Shown in pieces: positions 31,872-42,178 of a stretch of 64,000 nt of DNA; position 1 is the stretch's first letter, and every line of letters begins with the position of its first letter. The position numbers and the translations under genes were made by a program. Source of the DNA: an uncultured Candidatus Saccharibacteria bacterium (lineage in GTDB: Bacteria; Patescibacteriota; Saccharimonadia; Saccharimonadales; 2-12-FULL-41-12); assembly GCA_947085855.1 (NCBI GenBank), contig CAMTYB010000001.1, positions 737,421 through 801,420 of the forward strand, given 5' to 3'. The notes beneath the pieces are model-generated. The model did not search any database and had not been told where the DNA came from. It saw only the letters and a program-made list of their open reading frames with translations.

Positions 31872-32045
31872 TTAGATGCTGTGAGCTTCAATGCGGGTTT
31901 GGTGTCTGTGTTTAGCAAGATGCTGTTTTAGTTTTCGAACGCCTTTAGCGGTGATTGGAGTCAGCAGCAAAAGAATGCCGATGGCTGTAAATGATAGATG
32001 AATGTCGGTGCCCGGTACTTGGCCTAGGACTATAAACTCAAGCAT
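31872..32045 (-). CDS. possible small membrane protein (57 aa, below the ORF-track cut-off)
   Basis: My own translation: MLEFIVLGQVPGTDIHLSFTAIGILLLLTPITAKGVRKLKQHLAKHRHQTRIEAHSI*. It has one hydrophobic helix and a basic tail, with a weak GAGAGAAG upstream. Confidence 0.3.
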   Translation of the reverse strand: MLEFIVLGQVPGTDIHLSFTAIGILLLLTPITAKGVRKLKQHLAKHRHQTRIEAHSI

Positions 32046-32140
32046 ATTGCTTCTCTCACAAATTTATGTACTGGTTGTCTTCTATAGGTAATTGTAAATA
32101 ATTTTGCCGAAAAAGCAAGTTTATTTTTATAAAGCTTATG

Positions 32141-32593
32141 CTATCTGTTATGGCGTCGTGAAAATATGGCACGCTTGAGTCGCGTAAAGCGATTTTGGTT
32201 TGTAAGCAAGATAAGCAGGCTGAAGCTAATAAATCCAAAACAAATAATTCGGATAGCAGGATGGTCGTAAACAACATTGAGGGTAATAGCAGCAACAATG
32301 ACCAGGCTAAATAGAATATCGATGGCACGTGACAAAAGGGGGTTGGTCTGGAAAATTTTGGCTGTGGCTTGTTGCCATGATGTAGCGGCCAATTCAATGA
32401 GGCGGCGAGCCCACTCATGATTTATGGCTAGTAAGCCGAGGCCAGCTAAAAAGACGGGGATGCCACCCGGGCCGGGTAGTAGACCAGTGATAGGCGAGAT
32501 AATGATTAAAATTCCCCCGGCGATATCGATGGCAATTCGTTGGTAAAGTGGGCGTTGATTATTTGCTCTAGACATGCGTCTAGTATAGAGCAT
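32141..32593 (-). CDS. PGPGW-motif small membrane protein
   Basis: 150 aa. ...ITGLLPGPGGIPVFLAGLGLLAINHEWARRL... plus two further TM helices. Confidence 0.6.
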   Translation of the reverse strand: MLYTRRMSRANNQRPLYQRIAIDIAGGILIIISPITGLLPGPGGIPVFLAGLGLLAINHEWARRLIELAATSWQQATAKIFQTNPLLSRAIDILFSLVIVAAITLNVVYDHPAIRIICFGFISFSLLILLTNQNRFTRLKRAIFSRRHNR

Positions 32594-32623
32594 GCAAACT
32601 AGCGTATAATAGATAGGTTATTT

Positions 32624-35443
32624 TTGGAGCAATACGTGGAGTACATTTCGATTCGCGGAGCACGCGAACATAATTTAAAAAACGTCTCGGTTGATATCCC
32701 GCGTAACAAGCTGGTTGTCATAACTGGCCTCAGTGGTTCAGGCAAGTCTAGCCTGGCCTTTGATACTATTTATGCCGAAGGTCAGCGACGGTATGTTGAG
32801 TCGCTCAGCGCTTACGCGCGTCAATTCTTGGGTCTTATGGAAAAGCCAGACGTTGACCAGATTGACGGCTTGAGTCCGGCAATTTCAATTGATCAGAAGT
32901 CTACCAGTCGAAACCCGCGCAGTACGGTGGCAACGGTTACTGAAATCTATGATTATTTGCGCTTATTGTACGCTCGGATTGGGGTGCCGCACTGCCCAGT
33001 TTGCAACAAGCCAGTTAAGCGCCAAACATCGAACGCTATTGTTGACCAAGTAATTTCTCATAATGCCGGTGCTCGACTATTGGTTTTGGCGCCAATTGTA
33101 GCCGACAAAAAAGGTCAGTTTGAGCACATTCCCGAGCAGTACCAACGACTTGGGTTTGTCCGTGCCCGGGTGGACGGTGTGATTTATGCCCTTGATGAAT
33201 GGCCTGAGCTCGATAAAAAATACAAGCACACCATCGAAATTGTGACTGATCGCTTGGTCAATGATGAAGCAAGTCGGGGTCGCTTGGTGCAGAGTATCGA
33301 GCAATCGCTCGAGATTGCCGACGGGCGCTTACTGGTCGTCAATGCCGATACCAAAGAAGAGCACGTTTACAGCTTGATGTACGCTTGTATTGATCATCCT
33401 GAAGTCAGCATTCCGGAACTTGAACCGCGAACCTTCAGCTTTAACAGTCCGCACGGTGCCTGTCCAACCTGTACCGGCCTGGGTAGTCGCCTCGAAGTTG
33501 ATCCGGAATTGGTAATTCCAAATGGTCGACTAACTATTGCCGAAGGTGCTATCCGACCGTTCAACCGAGTAAATGCCGATGCGTGGTACATGAAGAAAAT
33601 GCAGGCCGTGGCTGATCGCTACAAGTTTTCGCTACACGTGCCAACTGGCGAGCTCAAAGAAGAGGATCTCGATAAATTGCTGTACGGTACTGGTGAAGAA
33701 ACCTATCAAATTAAACTTGGTACCGGCCGATCATTCGATACTGCCTACGAAGGTGTAATCCCGAATCTTGAGCGACGACATAAAGAAACCGATAGTGACT
33801 TTATGCGTCGAGACATCGAGCGGTTTATGCAAGAGCGACCGTGTCATGCCTGTCATGGTCGTCGTTTGCGACCAGAAGTTCTGGCTATCACGGTTCACAA
33901 GAAATCAATTATGGACATCTGTGAGCTGGCAATTGATGACGCCAATGCCTTCTTTAGGGATATGCAACTTACCGATGCCGAACAGTATATTGCGAAGCAG
34001 ATCTTCAAAGAAATTCAGGCTCGCTTAAGTTTCTTGCAAGACGTTGGTTTGAACTATCTGAATTTGCTCCGCAGCGCAGCCTCATTGAGTGGCGGTGAAG
34101 CTCAGCGAATTCGCTTGGCTACGCAAATCGGAAGTGGCTTGCAGGGCGTTCTGTACGTGCTTGACGAGCCAAGCATTGGCTTGCACCAACGCGATAATGA
34201 GCGGCTCATCAAGACGTTGCAGCGGCTCAAGGGTCTGGGCAACAGTGTGCTCGTAGTTGAGCATGATGAAGATACCATTCGTGTGGCTGATCATGTCTTG
34301 GATGTAGGTCCGGGTGCTGGCGTCCATGGAGGTGAGATAATAGCCCAAGGCACGCCAGAAGAAATTGCCAAAGACCAGAACAGTATTACCGGTCAGTATT
34401 TGAGTGGCAAGAAAACAATCGCAGTACCAAAGAAGCGCCGGGCAGGGAATGGCAACAAGCTAACGGTCGTCAACGCTCGCGAAAACAATCTCAAAAACGT
34501 GACCGTCGATTTCCCCCTCGGTAAGCTGATCGTCATCAGTGGTGTTTCGGGCTCAGGTAAGTCCAGTTTAGTAAACGACATCTTGGCAAAAGAATTGTCA
34601 GCTCGATTGATGCGGGCTCAGACTGTGCCGGGTCGTCACGATAGTATTGAAGGCATTAAGAATCTCGATAAAGTTATCGTGATTGATCAATCGGCCATTG
34701 GCCGCACGCCGCGCAGTAACCCGGCTACGTATACTGGCTTGTTTACGCCAATCCGTGAGTTGTTTGCCGGCTTACCCGAGGCTAAGCTGCGTGGTTACAA
34801 CGCCGGGCGATTTAGCTTTAACGTCCGTGGTGGACGCTGCGAGAACTGTTCTGGTGATGGCATCATCAAGATTGAAATGCACTTCTTGCCAGACGTCTAT
34901 GTAACCTGCGAAGTCTGTAAGGGCAAGCGTTATAACCGCGAAGCGCTCGAAATTTTATACAAAGGCAAAAGCATTAGTGGCGTCTTGGCCATGACAACCG
35001 AAGAGGCACTAGAATTCTTTGCCAACATTCCGTCCATTGCGCGTAAGCTACAAACCTTAGTGGACGTTGGTCTCAACTATATTGCGCTTGGACAATCGGC
35101 TACAACGTTATCTGGCGGTGAAGCCCAGCGTATTAAGCTGGCAACTGAATTATCGCGTCGTCCGACTGGCCGCACCCTCTATATCTTGGATGAGCCAACG
35201 ACCGGTTTGCACATGGCTGATGTTGATAAGTTGCTGCACGTGTTGCACGCTCTGGTAGACACCGGTAACAGTATGATCGTAATCGAACATAACCTGGATG
35301 TTATTAAATCGGCCGATCACATTATCGATATGGGTCCCGAGGGTGGCGATAATGGCGGGCAGGTGATTGCCGAAGGCACGCCAGAACACGTTGTTAAGTC
35401 TTCGGACAGCCACACGGCTACATTCCTCAAGAAACTTATTTGA
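32624..35443 (+). CDS. uvrA: excinuclease ABC subunit A
   Basis: 939 aa with [11 protein letters not shown] near the N-terminus, two ABC modules ([10 protein letters not shown] and [10 protein letters not shown]; LSGGEAQRI twice) and zinc-finger Cys clusters. The start is TTG at 32624 or GTG at 32636. Confidence 0.95.
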   Translation: MEQYVEYISIRGAREHNLKNVSVDIPRNKLVVITGLSGSGKSSLAFDTIYAEGQRRYVESLSAYARQFLGLMEKPDVDQIDGLSPAISIDQKSTSRNPRSTVATVTEIYDYLRLLYARIGVPHCPVCNKPVKRQTSNAIVDQVISHNAGARLLVLAPIVADKKGQFEHIPEQYQRLGFVRARVDGVIYALDEWPELDKKYKHTIEIVTDRLVNDEASRGRLVQSIEQSLEIADGRLLVVNADTKEEHVYSLMYACIDHPEVSIPELEPRTFSFNSPHGACPTCTGLGSRLEVDPELVIPNGRLTIAEGAIRPFNRVNADAWYMKKMQAVADRYKFSLHVPTGELKEEDLDKLLYGTGEETYQIKLGTGRSFDTAYEGVIPNLERRHKETDSDFMRRDIERFMQERPCHACHGRRLRPEVLAITVHKKSIMDICELAIDDANAFFRDMQLTDAEQYIAKQIFKEIQARLSFLQDVGLNYLNLLRSAASLSGGEAQRIRLATQIGSGLQGVLYVLDEPSIGLHQRDNERLIKTLQRLKGLGNSVLVVEHDEDTIRVADHVLDVGPGAGVHGGEIIAQGTPEEIAKDQNSITGQYLSGKKTIAVPKKRRAGNGNKLTVVNARENNLKNVTVDFPLGKLIVISGVSGSGKSSLVNDILAKELSARLMRAQTVPGRHDSIEGIKNLDKVIVIDQSAIGRTPRSNPATYTGLFTPIRELFAGLPEAKLRGYNAGRFSFNVRGGRCENCSGDGIIKIEMHFLPDVYVTCEVCKGKRYNREALEILYKGKSISGVLAMTTEEALEFFANIPSIARKLQTLVDVGLNYIALGQSATTLSGGEAQRIKLATELSRRPTGRTLYILDEPTTGLHMADVDKLLHVLHALVDTGNSMIVIEHNLDVIKSADHIIDMGPEGGDNGGQVIAEGTPEHVVKSSDSHTATFLKKLI

Positions 35444-35481
35444 CGTTTGTCTGACTAGCTCTTGCTGCTCACATTTAAAAC

Positions 35482-35498
35482 GGCACACGGCGTGTGCC
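35482..35498. terminator. GC-rich hairpin GGCACAC-GGC-GTGTGCC between convergent uvrA and dedA
   Basis: A perfect 7-bp stem. The flanking TTAAAAC on the + strand reads as GTTTTAA after the hairpin on the - strand. Confidence 0.45.
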
Positions 35499-35535
35499 AT
35501 TGCGTATTATGTGACACCTTATATTTTCTGTTCTT

Positions 35536-35552
35536 AGCACACGGAGTGTGCT
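35536..35552. terminator. second, near-identical hairpin AGCACAC-GGA-GTGTGCT
   Basis: A perfect 7-bp stem followed by GTTT on the + strand. It shares the core GCACACGGnGTGTGC with the hairpin 54 nt upstream. Confidence 0.45.
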
Positions 35553-35588
35553 GTTTCGAAAGTAGCCGGCATAACGAAGGCAAGAAAG

Positions 35589-36239
35589 CTAGTTGGTTTT
35601 TTTGGATCGCTTGAATAGATTATTAACGCGGGCGGCAATTAGGGCGCGTGATTTTGGATCGCGGTAAATGTGGTACAAGGTTGGTCCAAAGCTCAGCACC
35701 ATGACGAGTGCAATGACTGGCAAGACGTATTTGTCGATGTCCGGGATGTATTTGCCAAAAAAGTAGCCCAGGATGGTGACACCAGCGCCCCAGAGCGCAC
35801 TGCCGGCGATGTTATAGAATACAAAGCGCCGTCTATCCATCTTTCCAATACCAGCAACAACTGGAGCGAAGGTGCGGACAATAGGAATAAAACGAGCGAG
35901 TAGAATGGTTTTGCCGCCGTGCTTTTCGTAGAAACGCTCGGCTTGCATGACGTATTCTTTACGAAAGAGGATACCGTCGCCTTTACGGAATAGTTTTGGT
36001 CCGGTCCGTTCGCCAATTATATAGCCGACTTGGCCACCGGCGATAGCGCTAATCATGATGACGATAACGGCCGTAACAACCGAAAATTGGCCTTGGGCGG
36101 CGAGGGTACCAGCCAAAAAGAGGAGCGTGTCTCCCGGGAAAAAGAAGCCAAACAAAAGTCCGGATTCGGCAAAGACAATAAAGGCGATTAACGCCAAGCC
36201 GCCGGTACTAATAATGGTTTCTGGATCTAGAATGCTCAT
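35589..36239 (-). CDS. DedA-family membrane protein
   Basis: 216 aa and multi-TM. The region ...GKTILLARFIPIVRTFAPVVAGIGKM... is typical of the DedA/SNARE-associated family. Confidence 0.82.
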   Translation of the reverse strand: MSILDPETIISTGGLALIAFIVFAESGLLFGFFFPGDTLLFLAGTLAAQGQFSVVTAVIVIMISAIAGGQVGYIIGERTGPKLFRKGDGILFRKEYVMQAERFYEKHGGKTILLARFIPIVRTFAPVVAGIGKMDRRRFVFYNIAGSALWGAGVTILGYFFGKYIPDIDKYVLPVIALVMVLSFGPTLYHIYRDPKSRALIAARVNNLFKRSKKTN

Positions 36240-36285
36240 TTGTGCTTGATCAAGTATAGCATTAAATAAATGTGGGAACGGCTCA

Positions 36286-36294
36286 TGTTATAAT
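36286..36294 (+). promoter_or_regulatory. extended -10 box TGTTATAAT upstream of the bL25 gene
   Basis: An exact TGnTATAAT. It is followed by a 44-nt leader with a GGAGG SD before the ATG at 36339. Confidence 0.45.
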
Positions 36295-36338
36295 AAGCGG
36301 ACATATTCAGCTAATGCACATATCTAACTGGAGGGAAC

Positions 36339-37082
36339 ATGAGCACTGATACGATTACATTGGCAGCCCAAAAACGAGACATACTTGGTAAGCAAGTTCG
36401 CGCACTTCGTGCTGGCGGTCAATTGCCAGCCGTTATTCATCACCATGGTAAAGAATCGATCCATATTACTGTCGACGAAAAAGATTTGCGCAAAGTCTAT
36501 TCTGCAGCCGGTCGGCACCACCCGGTAGACCTAACAGTTGATGGCAAAAAATTTACGACGCTCATCAAAGAAGTAACCCAAAAACCTGCTTCAGCCAAGA
36601 TTTATCATTCAGTTTTCCAGGCTATCAAAGCCAACGAGCTTGTTAAGGCCGAAATTCCATTAAAATTTGTTGGTGAAGAGATTCCAGCTGAAAAAGCTAA
36701 CTTGATGGTGTTGCATAACCTAGAAATTGTCGACGTTGAGGCCTTGCCACGTGACTTGGTTGATGTCATCGAGGTTGACGTCACTGTCCTAGCTGAAGTT
36801 GGCGACAAGATAACTGTAGCTGATCTGAAAGTGCCATCAGCAATGACTATAAAGACCGACCCAGAGCAAGTGATTGCATCTGTCGAAATGCCAAAAGATC
36901 AAATTGCCGAAGCTGACGCTGCGGCCGAAGAACTAGCTGCCGATGCGGCCGAATCAGGTGACGCCGAAGCAGGCGGAGAAGAAGCCGGTGAAGCCTCAGG
37001 CGACAGTGGCGACTCAAATGCTGCGAGCGATGGTGAATCCAAAGAGACTTCCGACTCCGACTCCAAAGATAGTAAATCCTAG
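36339..37082 (+). CDS. rplY: ribosomal protein bL25 (Ctc form) with an acidic Ser/Asp/Glu/Ala-rich tail
   Basis: The N-terminus LAAQKRDILGKQVRALRAGGQLPAVIHHHG is bL25-like. The C-terminal ~60 aa are low-complexity and acidic. Confidence 0.85.
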   Translation: MSTDTITLAAQKRDILGKQVRALRAGGQLPAVIHHHGKESIHITVDEKDLRKVYSAAGRHHPVDLTVDGKKFTTLIKEVTQKPASAKIYHSVFQAIKANELVKAEIPLKFVGEEIPAEKANLMVLHNLEIVDVEALPRDLVDVIEVDVTVLAEVGDKITVADLKVPSAMTIKTDPEQVIASVEMPKDQIAEADAAAEELAADAAESGDAEAGGEEAGEASGDSGDSNAASDGESKETSDSDSKDSKS

Positions 37083-38878
37083 TCCTCTAGGAATCCGCCA
37101 GACTGGTGACCCCATAGCTCGGCATAAATACCTTTGTGTTTGAGCAGCTCGTTGTGCGTACCTTCTTCAACGATGGTACCTTTGTCGAGTACGATAATGC
37201 GGTCCATCTTTTGAATGGTACTCAAACGGTGAGCAATGACGATGGCAGTCTTGCCTTTCATGAGCCTCCAAAGTGCGTCTTGGATGAGCTTTTCGGACTC
37301 ACTGTCGAGTGCGCTGGTTGCTTCGTCTAGCAAGAGGATCGGTGAGTCTTTGAGCATAGCGCGAGCAATGGCAATACGCTGACGTTGACCGCCGGACAAT
37401 TTAATACCTCTTTCGCCAACCAGCGTTTCGTAGCCAAGCGGTAGCATAGAGATAAACTCATGAGCATGAGCATTCTTGGCAGCGACCTCGATCTCTTCCT
37501 GTGTTGCCTGTGGCTTGCCGTAAGCGATGTTCTCGGCAATAGTACGATGGAACATAACGGGATCTTGGGGCACGTAGGCTATTTGGTCGCGCAGATCAAC
37601 TTGAGTGAGATCACGAATATCTACACCATCAATTTTGATGGAACCTTCATCGATGTCCGAAAATCGCAATAACAATTTCGTTATGCTCGACTTGCCACCA
37701 CCTGAGCGCCCAACCAAACCGACATGTTGGCCAGCAGGAACTTGTAGCGAGAAGTGATCGAACAACTTGTTAGCATTTTTGTCATACCGGAAGTGAACGT
37801 CTTCAATCGCAATTTCGCCCTTAGAATCAGTGATCTTAGAAGATCGCTCTGGGTCTAAAATTGTTGGCTCGGTGAGCAGGAGTTCGGTGTACTGGGCGGC
37901 ATCACTGATGGCAGTTTCAAGTCGTCTGTATATGCCATTAAATTCCCACATGAAAAGGGTAACGCGAGCATAGTAAGTAAACACGACAATCACAGCTGCC
38001 CAGGTGATAGTACTATTAATTGCCAAGTGTAGTGCCAAGATGAGACCAGAGGCATTTATAAAGACATAAAGCGGGGATATGATAGTGTCGACTCGTAAGT
38101 TTTGGAAATCCCAGGACTGTTTGGTTTTGCCTGCAAGGTCATTCACAAAACGCATGTGGCGTGCTTGTTCTCGATGCTCACTGGCATGAGCTCGAACGGC
38201 ATCAATGTTGCCATAGACGTCAGCAATATGACCGGAAGCTATCGTTGAAGCAGTTTCGCGTAGTGTGACGAGGGTCCGTCGCTTGCGGATAAGTGGCACA
38301 ATAATAGAAATAGCAATTATGATTGATACAATCAAAAACAGACTCAGCCATATCGAATAAGACGACAGCACAATGAGTGCAAATATGGCAGGGATTATAT
38401 TTGGTGTCACATTGTAGAGGAGAGTATCACCGACGTCTACGAATCGATTGGCGTAGGAAAGTGTCCGCTTGGTCAGCGAACCGGCGAAATTATCATGAAA
38501 GAACGATAAATCACGTTCAAGCAGCTGCGATAGTCCCTTGCGGTAGAGCTCGGTCATAGCGTGAATTTCTGTCTTGATAAATATGTGGACACCAAGTCGC
38601 CACATACCTTCACCCAACGCCCATGAACCAATAAATATACATAGCATTGGGATAAAATCCGTGAACTCTTTGACGCCAGGAGCGGTGCCAATTTCAATAA
38701 GCTTAGAGAGTGACCACGCTGGGATAAAGAAAACAAAAATACTACCAGCTGCTGGCAATAGTAAACCGGGCACACTTGTTCGCCAGTTGTGAGCAAGTTG
38801 TTGCCAGTAGTGTTTGATTACTAAATTGTAAGCCTGTTTGTATCGGGCGTTTTCGTCATGATTCATAGCGTGCACCAT
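37079..38878 (-). CDS. ABC exporter, fused permease + ATPase (MsbA-like)
   Basis: 599 aa with six N-terminal TM helices. Walker A GRSGGGKSS, signature LSGGQRQRIAIARA and Walker B ILLLDEATSALD. Confidence 0.9.
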   Translation of the reverse strand: MVHAMNHDENARYKQAYNLVIKHYWQQLAHNWRTSVPGLLLPAAGSIFVFFIPAWSLSKLIEIGTAPGVKEFTDFIPMLCIFIGSWALGEGMWRLGVHIFIKTEIHAMTELYRKGLSQLLERDLSFFHDNFAGSLTKRTLSYANRFVDVGDTLLYNVTPNIIPAIFALIVLSSYSIWLSLFLIVSIIIAISIIVPLIRKRRTLVTLRETASTIASGHIADVYGNIDAVRAHASEHREQARHMRFVNDLAGKTKQSWDFQNLRVDTIISPLYVFINASGLILALHLAINSTITWAAVIVVFTYYARVTLFMWEFNGIYRRLETAISDAAQYTELLLTEPTILDPERSSKITDSKGEIAIEDVHFRYDKNANKLFDHFSLQVPAGQHVGLVGRSGGGKSSITKLLLRFSDIDEGSIKIDGVDIRDLTQVDLRDQIAYVPQDPVMFHRTIAENIAYGKPQATQEEIEVAAKNAHAHEFISMLPLGYETLVGERGIKLSGGQRQRIAIARAMLKDSPILLLDEATSALDSESEKLIQDALWRLMKGKTAIVIAHRLSTIQKMDRIIVLDKGTIVEEGTHNELLKHKGIYAELWGHQSGGFLED

Positions 38879-39092
38879 CCTTGGTAGTGCAAATTCTGGG
38901 TATTGTTAATTTTAAGTTTTGTCGTGAGAGAGGCGCTGCGGCTAAAGAGTTGAGGTCTGAGCCGGCATATTTTTTGACACATGGAGTGTAGAGATTTTTG
39001 TAATAATCATTGCTGGCCCTTTCCTTTAATTTTTGTAAACTTAGTGATCATTATAACATATTTGTCAATGACTGGCAAAAGCGAGTTGAAAA

Positions 39093-39101
39093 TGGTATAT
39101 T
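39093..39101 (+). promoter_or_regulatory. extended -10-like box TGGTATATT, 8 nt upstream of the GTG start at 39110
   Basis: A TGnTATAtT match. There is no SD, so a leaderless transcript is plausible. Confidence 0.4.
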
Positions 39102-39109
39102 AATAACCT

Positions 39110-39991
39110 GTGAATAAGGTAATTCTCTACTATAAATTTGTGCCCGTTGCCGACCCAGCTATGACCATGCGCTGGCAGCGCGAGCTATGTCAGCGCCTCA
39201 ACCTCAAAGGGCGTATTATAGTCAGCGAGCACGGTATTAATGGCACGCTTGGTGGCGACATTAAATCGCTGCGCCAGTACAAGGCCGAGATGAATCGCTC
39301 AATTATCTTTAAGGGCATCACTTATAAATGGAGTGATGGTACTGGTGAAGAGTTTCCACGACTGAGCATCAAAGTTAAACCCGAGCTCGTAGCCTTTGAC
39401 CGAGCTGATGAAATCGAAGTTGATACCAAGGGTGTTAAGGGTGGTGGCAAGCACCTCAAACCTGAGCAAGTCCATAAGCTTGTCGAAGAACGCGGCAAAG
39501 ACGTTATATTTTTTGATGGACGCAATGCTTATGAAGCTGAAGTCGGTCGTTTTAAAGATGCCGTTGTGCCCGATACTAAAACCACCCGAGATTTCATCGC
39601 TGAATTAGAGAGTGATAAGTACGCAGATATTAAAGATAAACCAATTGTGACGTACTGCACGGGCGGTGTTCGTTGTGAAGTACTGAGTGTACTCATGAAA
39701 AATCGTGGCTTCAAAGAGGTCTATCAAATCGATGGCGGCATCGTGAAGTATGGTGAAAAATATGGCGATGATGGTCTGTGGGAAGGTTCGTTGCACATTT
39801 TTGACGATCGCATGAGCCACACCTTTTCAGATAAATCTAAAGTTATCGGCACCTGCACGCATTGCCAGGGCAAAACGAGCAACTACGAGAATTGTGACAA
39901 TGTTTCTTGTAACCGACTGGTTTTGATTTGTGAGGATTGCAAGCATAACAAAACGCGCTGCCAGGATTGTCTAGCAGTCGCGATGGCGTAG
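39110..39991 (+). CDS. trhO: rhodanese-domain protein of the UPF0176/TrhO (YceA) family
   Basis: 293 aa. ILYYKF... at the N-terminus, the rhodanese active-site loop YCTGGVRCE and a C-terminal Cys-rich zinc-ribbon-like tail. Confidence 0.8.
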   Translation: MNKVILYYKFVPVADPAMTMRWQRELCQRLNLKGRIIVSEHGINGTLGGDIKSLRQYKAEMNRSIIFKGITYKWSDGTGEEFPRLSIKVKPELVAFDRADEIEVDTKGVKGGGKHLKPEQVHKLVEERGKDVIFFDGRNAYEAEVGRFKDAVVPDTKTTRDFIAELESDKYADIKDKPIVTYCTGGVRCEVLSVLMKNRGFKEVYQIDGGIVKYGEKYGDDGLWEGSLHIFDDRMSHTFSDKSKVIGTCTHCQGKTSNYENCDNVSCNRLVLICEDCKHNKTRCQDCLAVAMA

Positions 39992-40002
39992 GGCGGGACT
40001 CT

Positions 40003-41454
40003 ATGGCGAGCGAAAAACTGCAAGCCAAACTCAAAGATCTGCCCACTTCACCTGGCGTCTATTTTCACAAAGACAAAAATGGCGAGATTATTTACGTTGG
40101 CAAGGCTGCTAACTTGCGCAACCGCGTCCGGCATTATTTTCAAAACAGTCGCACCCGGGATCCCAAGACCGATGCCTTGGTGGCAGAAATTGCCGATACC
40201 GACTGGACTACACTCGAGACTGAACTCGATGCCCTATTTGTCGAAGCCGAAATGGTTCGACGCTACATGCCGCGGTACAATATTTTGCTACGCGACGACA
40301 AAAGCTTTACCTACGTCCGTATAGATATCAAGAACCAGCACCCAACCGTGACCTACACACGACGGCCTTTGGATGACGGTGCCGAATATTTTGGCCCGTA
40401 CCTGAGCAAATATGGCATTGCCTTGGCGCTGAAACATCTGCGCAAAATTTTTCCATATTCTACACACCCTGCAACCAACATTCCAAAGCGAGCCTGCTTG
40501 CAGGCGCAGCTTGGTCTTTGCCCCGGTCTGGAAGCCGATATGACAAGCCTAGAAGATTATCGACGCAATCTGCGGCAGCTGATTTTATATCTGCGTGGCA
40601 AGCGCAAGAAGCTCGTCACTGATATTGACAAGGCTATGCGGCAAGCTGCCAAAGCGCAGCGCTTCGAAGAGGCAGCGCATTTACGTAACCAGTTGCACGC
40701 GCTGCGCAGCCTGGAACGACAAGTTATTTTTGGTGACCGTGAATTGATGGACTTGAGCAAAGACGAAGGACTGGTTACATTAGCGAACTTGCTCGAGCTG
40801 GCCGAGCCACCGCGGCGGATCGAAGGCTTTGACATTAGCCATATGAGTGGTACCGACAATGCGGCCAGCATGGTCGTGTTTGTGAGTGGCGTGCCGGACA
40901 AAGGCCAATACCGTAAATTCAAGATGCGGTTGCCTGGCAATAATGACTTTGGGCACATGACCGAAGCGATTACACGGCGTCTGAGCCCACGTAACGTGAA
41001 ACAGTGGGGTCTACCAAATTTATTCTTGATCGATGGCGGCAAAGGCCAGGTGAATGCAGCGTATCAAGCTATGCGCGCTGCCGAACACGATGTGCCTATG
41101 ATTGGCTTAGCTAAGCGCTACGAAGAAATCATTGTGCCAAAGCCCGGGGCCGAATCGAAAAAAATGGAATTTGAGACAATCCGCTTGCCACATAGTAATG
41201 ATGGGCTGAAGCTACTCATGAGGATTCGTGATGAAAGTCACCGTTTTGCAGTTAGTTATCACAGTGTCCTCAAACGCAATCGACAGACGGTTAATTTGTT
41301 AGAAGCGATTCCCGGGATTGGTCCTCAAACGCGTCGCCAACTGCAGCGTCACTTTGGCAGTACGAAGGCAGTGTTCGAAGCGAGCGAAGTTGATCTGGCG
41401 GCAATTGTCGGTTCTAGTAAGGCACGTTTGATTATCGCTAACCGACCTTCGTAG
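40003..41454 (+). CDS. uvrC: excinuclease ABC subunit C (compact, 483 aa)
   Basis: GIY-YIG motif (PGVYFHKDKNGEIIYVGKAANLRNRV), UVR motif (FEEAAHLRNQLHAL), the endonuclease domain and a C-terminal HhH (IPGIGPQTRRQL). The start is taken at MASEKLQAKL (40003). Confidence 0.88.
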   Translation: MASEKLQAKLKDLPTSPGVYFHKDKNGEIIYVGKAANLRNRVRHYFQNSRTRDPKTDALVAEIADTDWTTLETELDALFVEAEMVRRYMPRYNILLRDDKSFTYVRIDIKNQHPTVTYTRRPLDDGAEYFGPYLSKYGIALALKHLRKIFPYSTHPATNIPKRACLQAQLGLCPGLEADMTSLEDYRRNLRQLILYLRGKRKKLVTDIDKAMRQAAKAQRFEEAAHLRNQLHALRSLERQVIFGDRELMDLSKDEGLVTLANLLELAEPPRRIEGFDISHMSGTDNAASMVVFVSGVPDKGQYRKFKMRLPGNNDFGHMTEAITRRLSPRNVKQWGLPNLFLIDGGKGQVNAAYQAMRAAEHDVPMIGLAKRYEEIIVPKPGAESKKMEFETIRLPHSNDGLKLLMRIRDESHRFAVSYHSVLKRNRQTVNLLEAIPGIGPQTRRQLQRHFGSTKAVFEASEVDLAAIVGSSKARLIIANRPS

Positions 41455-41470
41455 GCTATAGTAGAGCTAT

Positions 41471-42178
41471 ATGAATATGGCGTTTTTCATCAAATTTGGT
41501 GGCCTGGTTGTATTAGCTTTGTTGCTGCTGTACATTGGCAGTTTAGTAAACTTGTACCTACAGCTCGGGCGCTACCAGCGCTATTGGAATACCAAAAATG
41601 AAGTGGCGGCACCGGATGACGCTATCTTGTATGTAGCCCTCGGTGATTCTGCTGCGCAGGGTATTGGCGCAACCAGTCCTTCTAAGGGCTATGTTGGCTT
41701 GATCGGCGACGAACTAGCCAAGCGTCATAATCGCCCGGTTAAAATTGTGAACCTTAGCAAGAGTGGCGGCAAAGTCCGTGACGTCCTCGACACGCAGTTG
41801 CCAGCCATGAAGCAATATGCACCCAATAAAGACACGCGGATCACCATTGAGATTGGGGCCAACGATACTATTAATTTTGATGACCAGCGCTTTGCCAAAG
41901 AAGTCGATGAACTCATGACTCAACTGCCAAAACAAACGGTTATCAGCGATATCCCGTACTTTGGACATAGTCGCTATCGTGGCAAACAAGCAAATGTCGA
42001 AAAGGCTAATAAAATATTGTACGCGATTGCCAAGCAGCACGGTTTTACGTTGGTACCGCTGCACGAACAGACCAAACAAAACGGCAAGCTCAACACGTTT
42101 GCGGCCGACTGGTTTCATCCATCAAATACGGGTTACCGAGAGAACTGGCTACCGGTCTTTATGGAGGGGCTGAAGTAG
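41471..42178 (+). CDS. SGNH/GDSL-family hydrolase with an N-terminal membrane anchor
   Basis: Block I is YVALGDSAAQG, block III is IEIGANDT, and block V is DWFHPSNTGY. Confidence 0.75.
   Translation: MNMAFFIKFGGLVVLALLLLYIGSLVNLYLQLGRYQRYWNTKNEVAAPDDAILYVALGDSAAQGIGATSPSKGYVGLIGDELAKRHNRPVKIVNLSKSGGKVRDVLDTQLPAMKQYAPNKDTRITIEIGANDTINFDDQRFAKEVDELMTQLPKQTVISDIPYFGHSRYRGKQANVEKANKILYAIAKQHGFTLVPLHEQTKQNGKLNTFAADWFHPSNTGYRENWLPVFMEGLK

Noticed and set aside
32056-32418. A 120-aa minus-strand ORF overlapping the PGPGW-protein gene in another frame.
   Set aside because: The alternative frame (32141..32593) carries the recognisable PGPGW motif and a coherent TM topology. This one is a frame-shadow.
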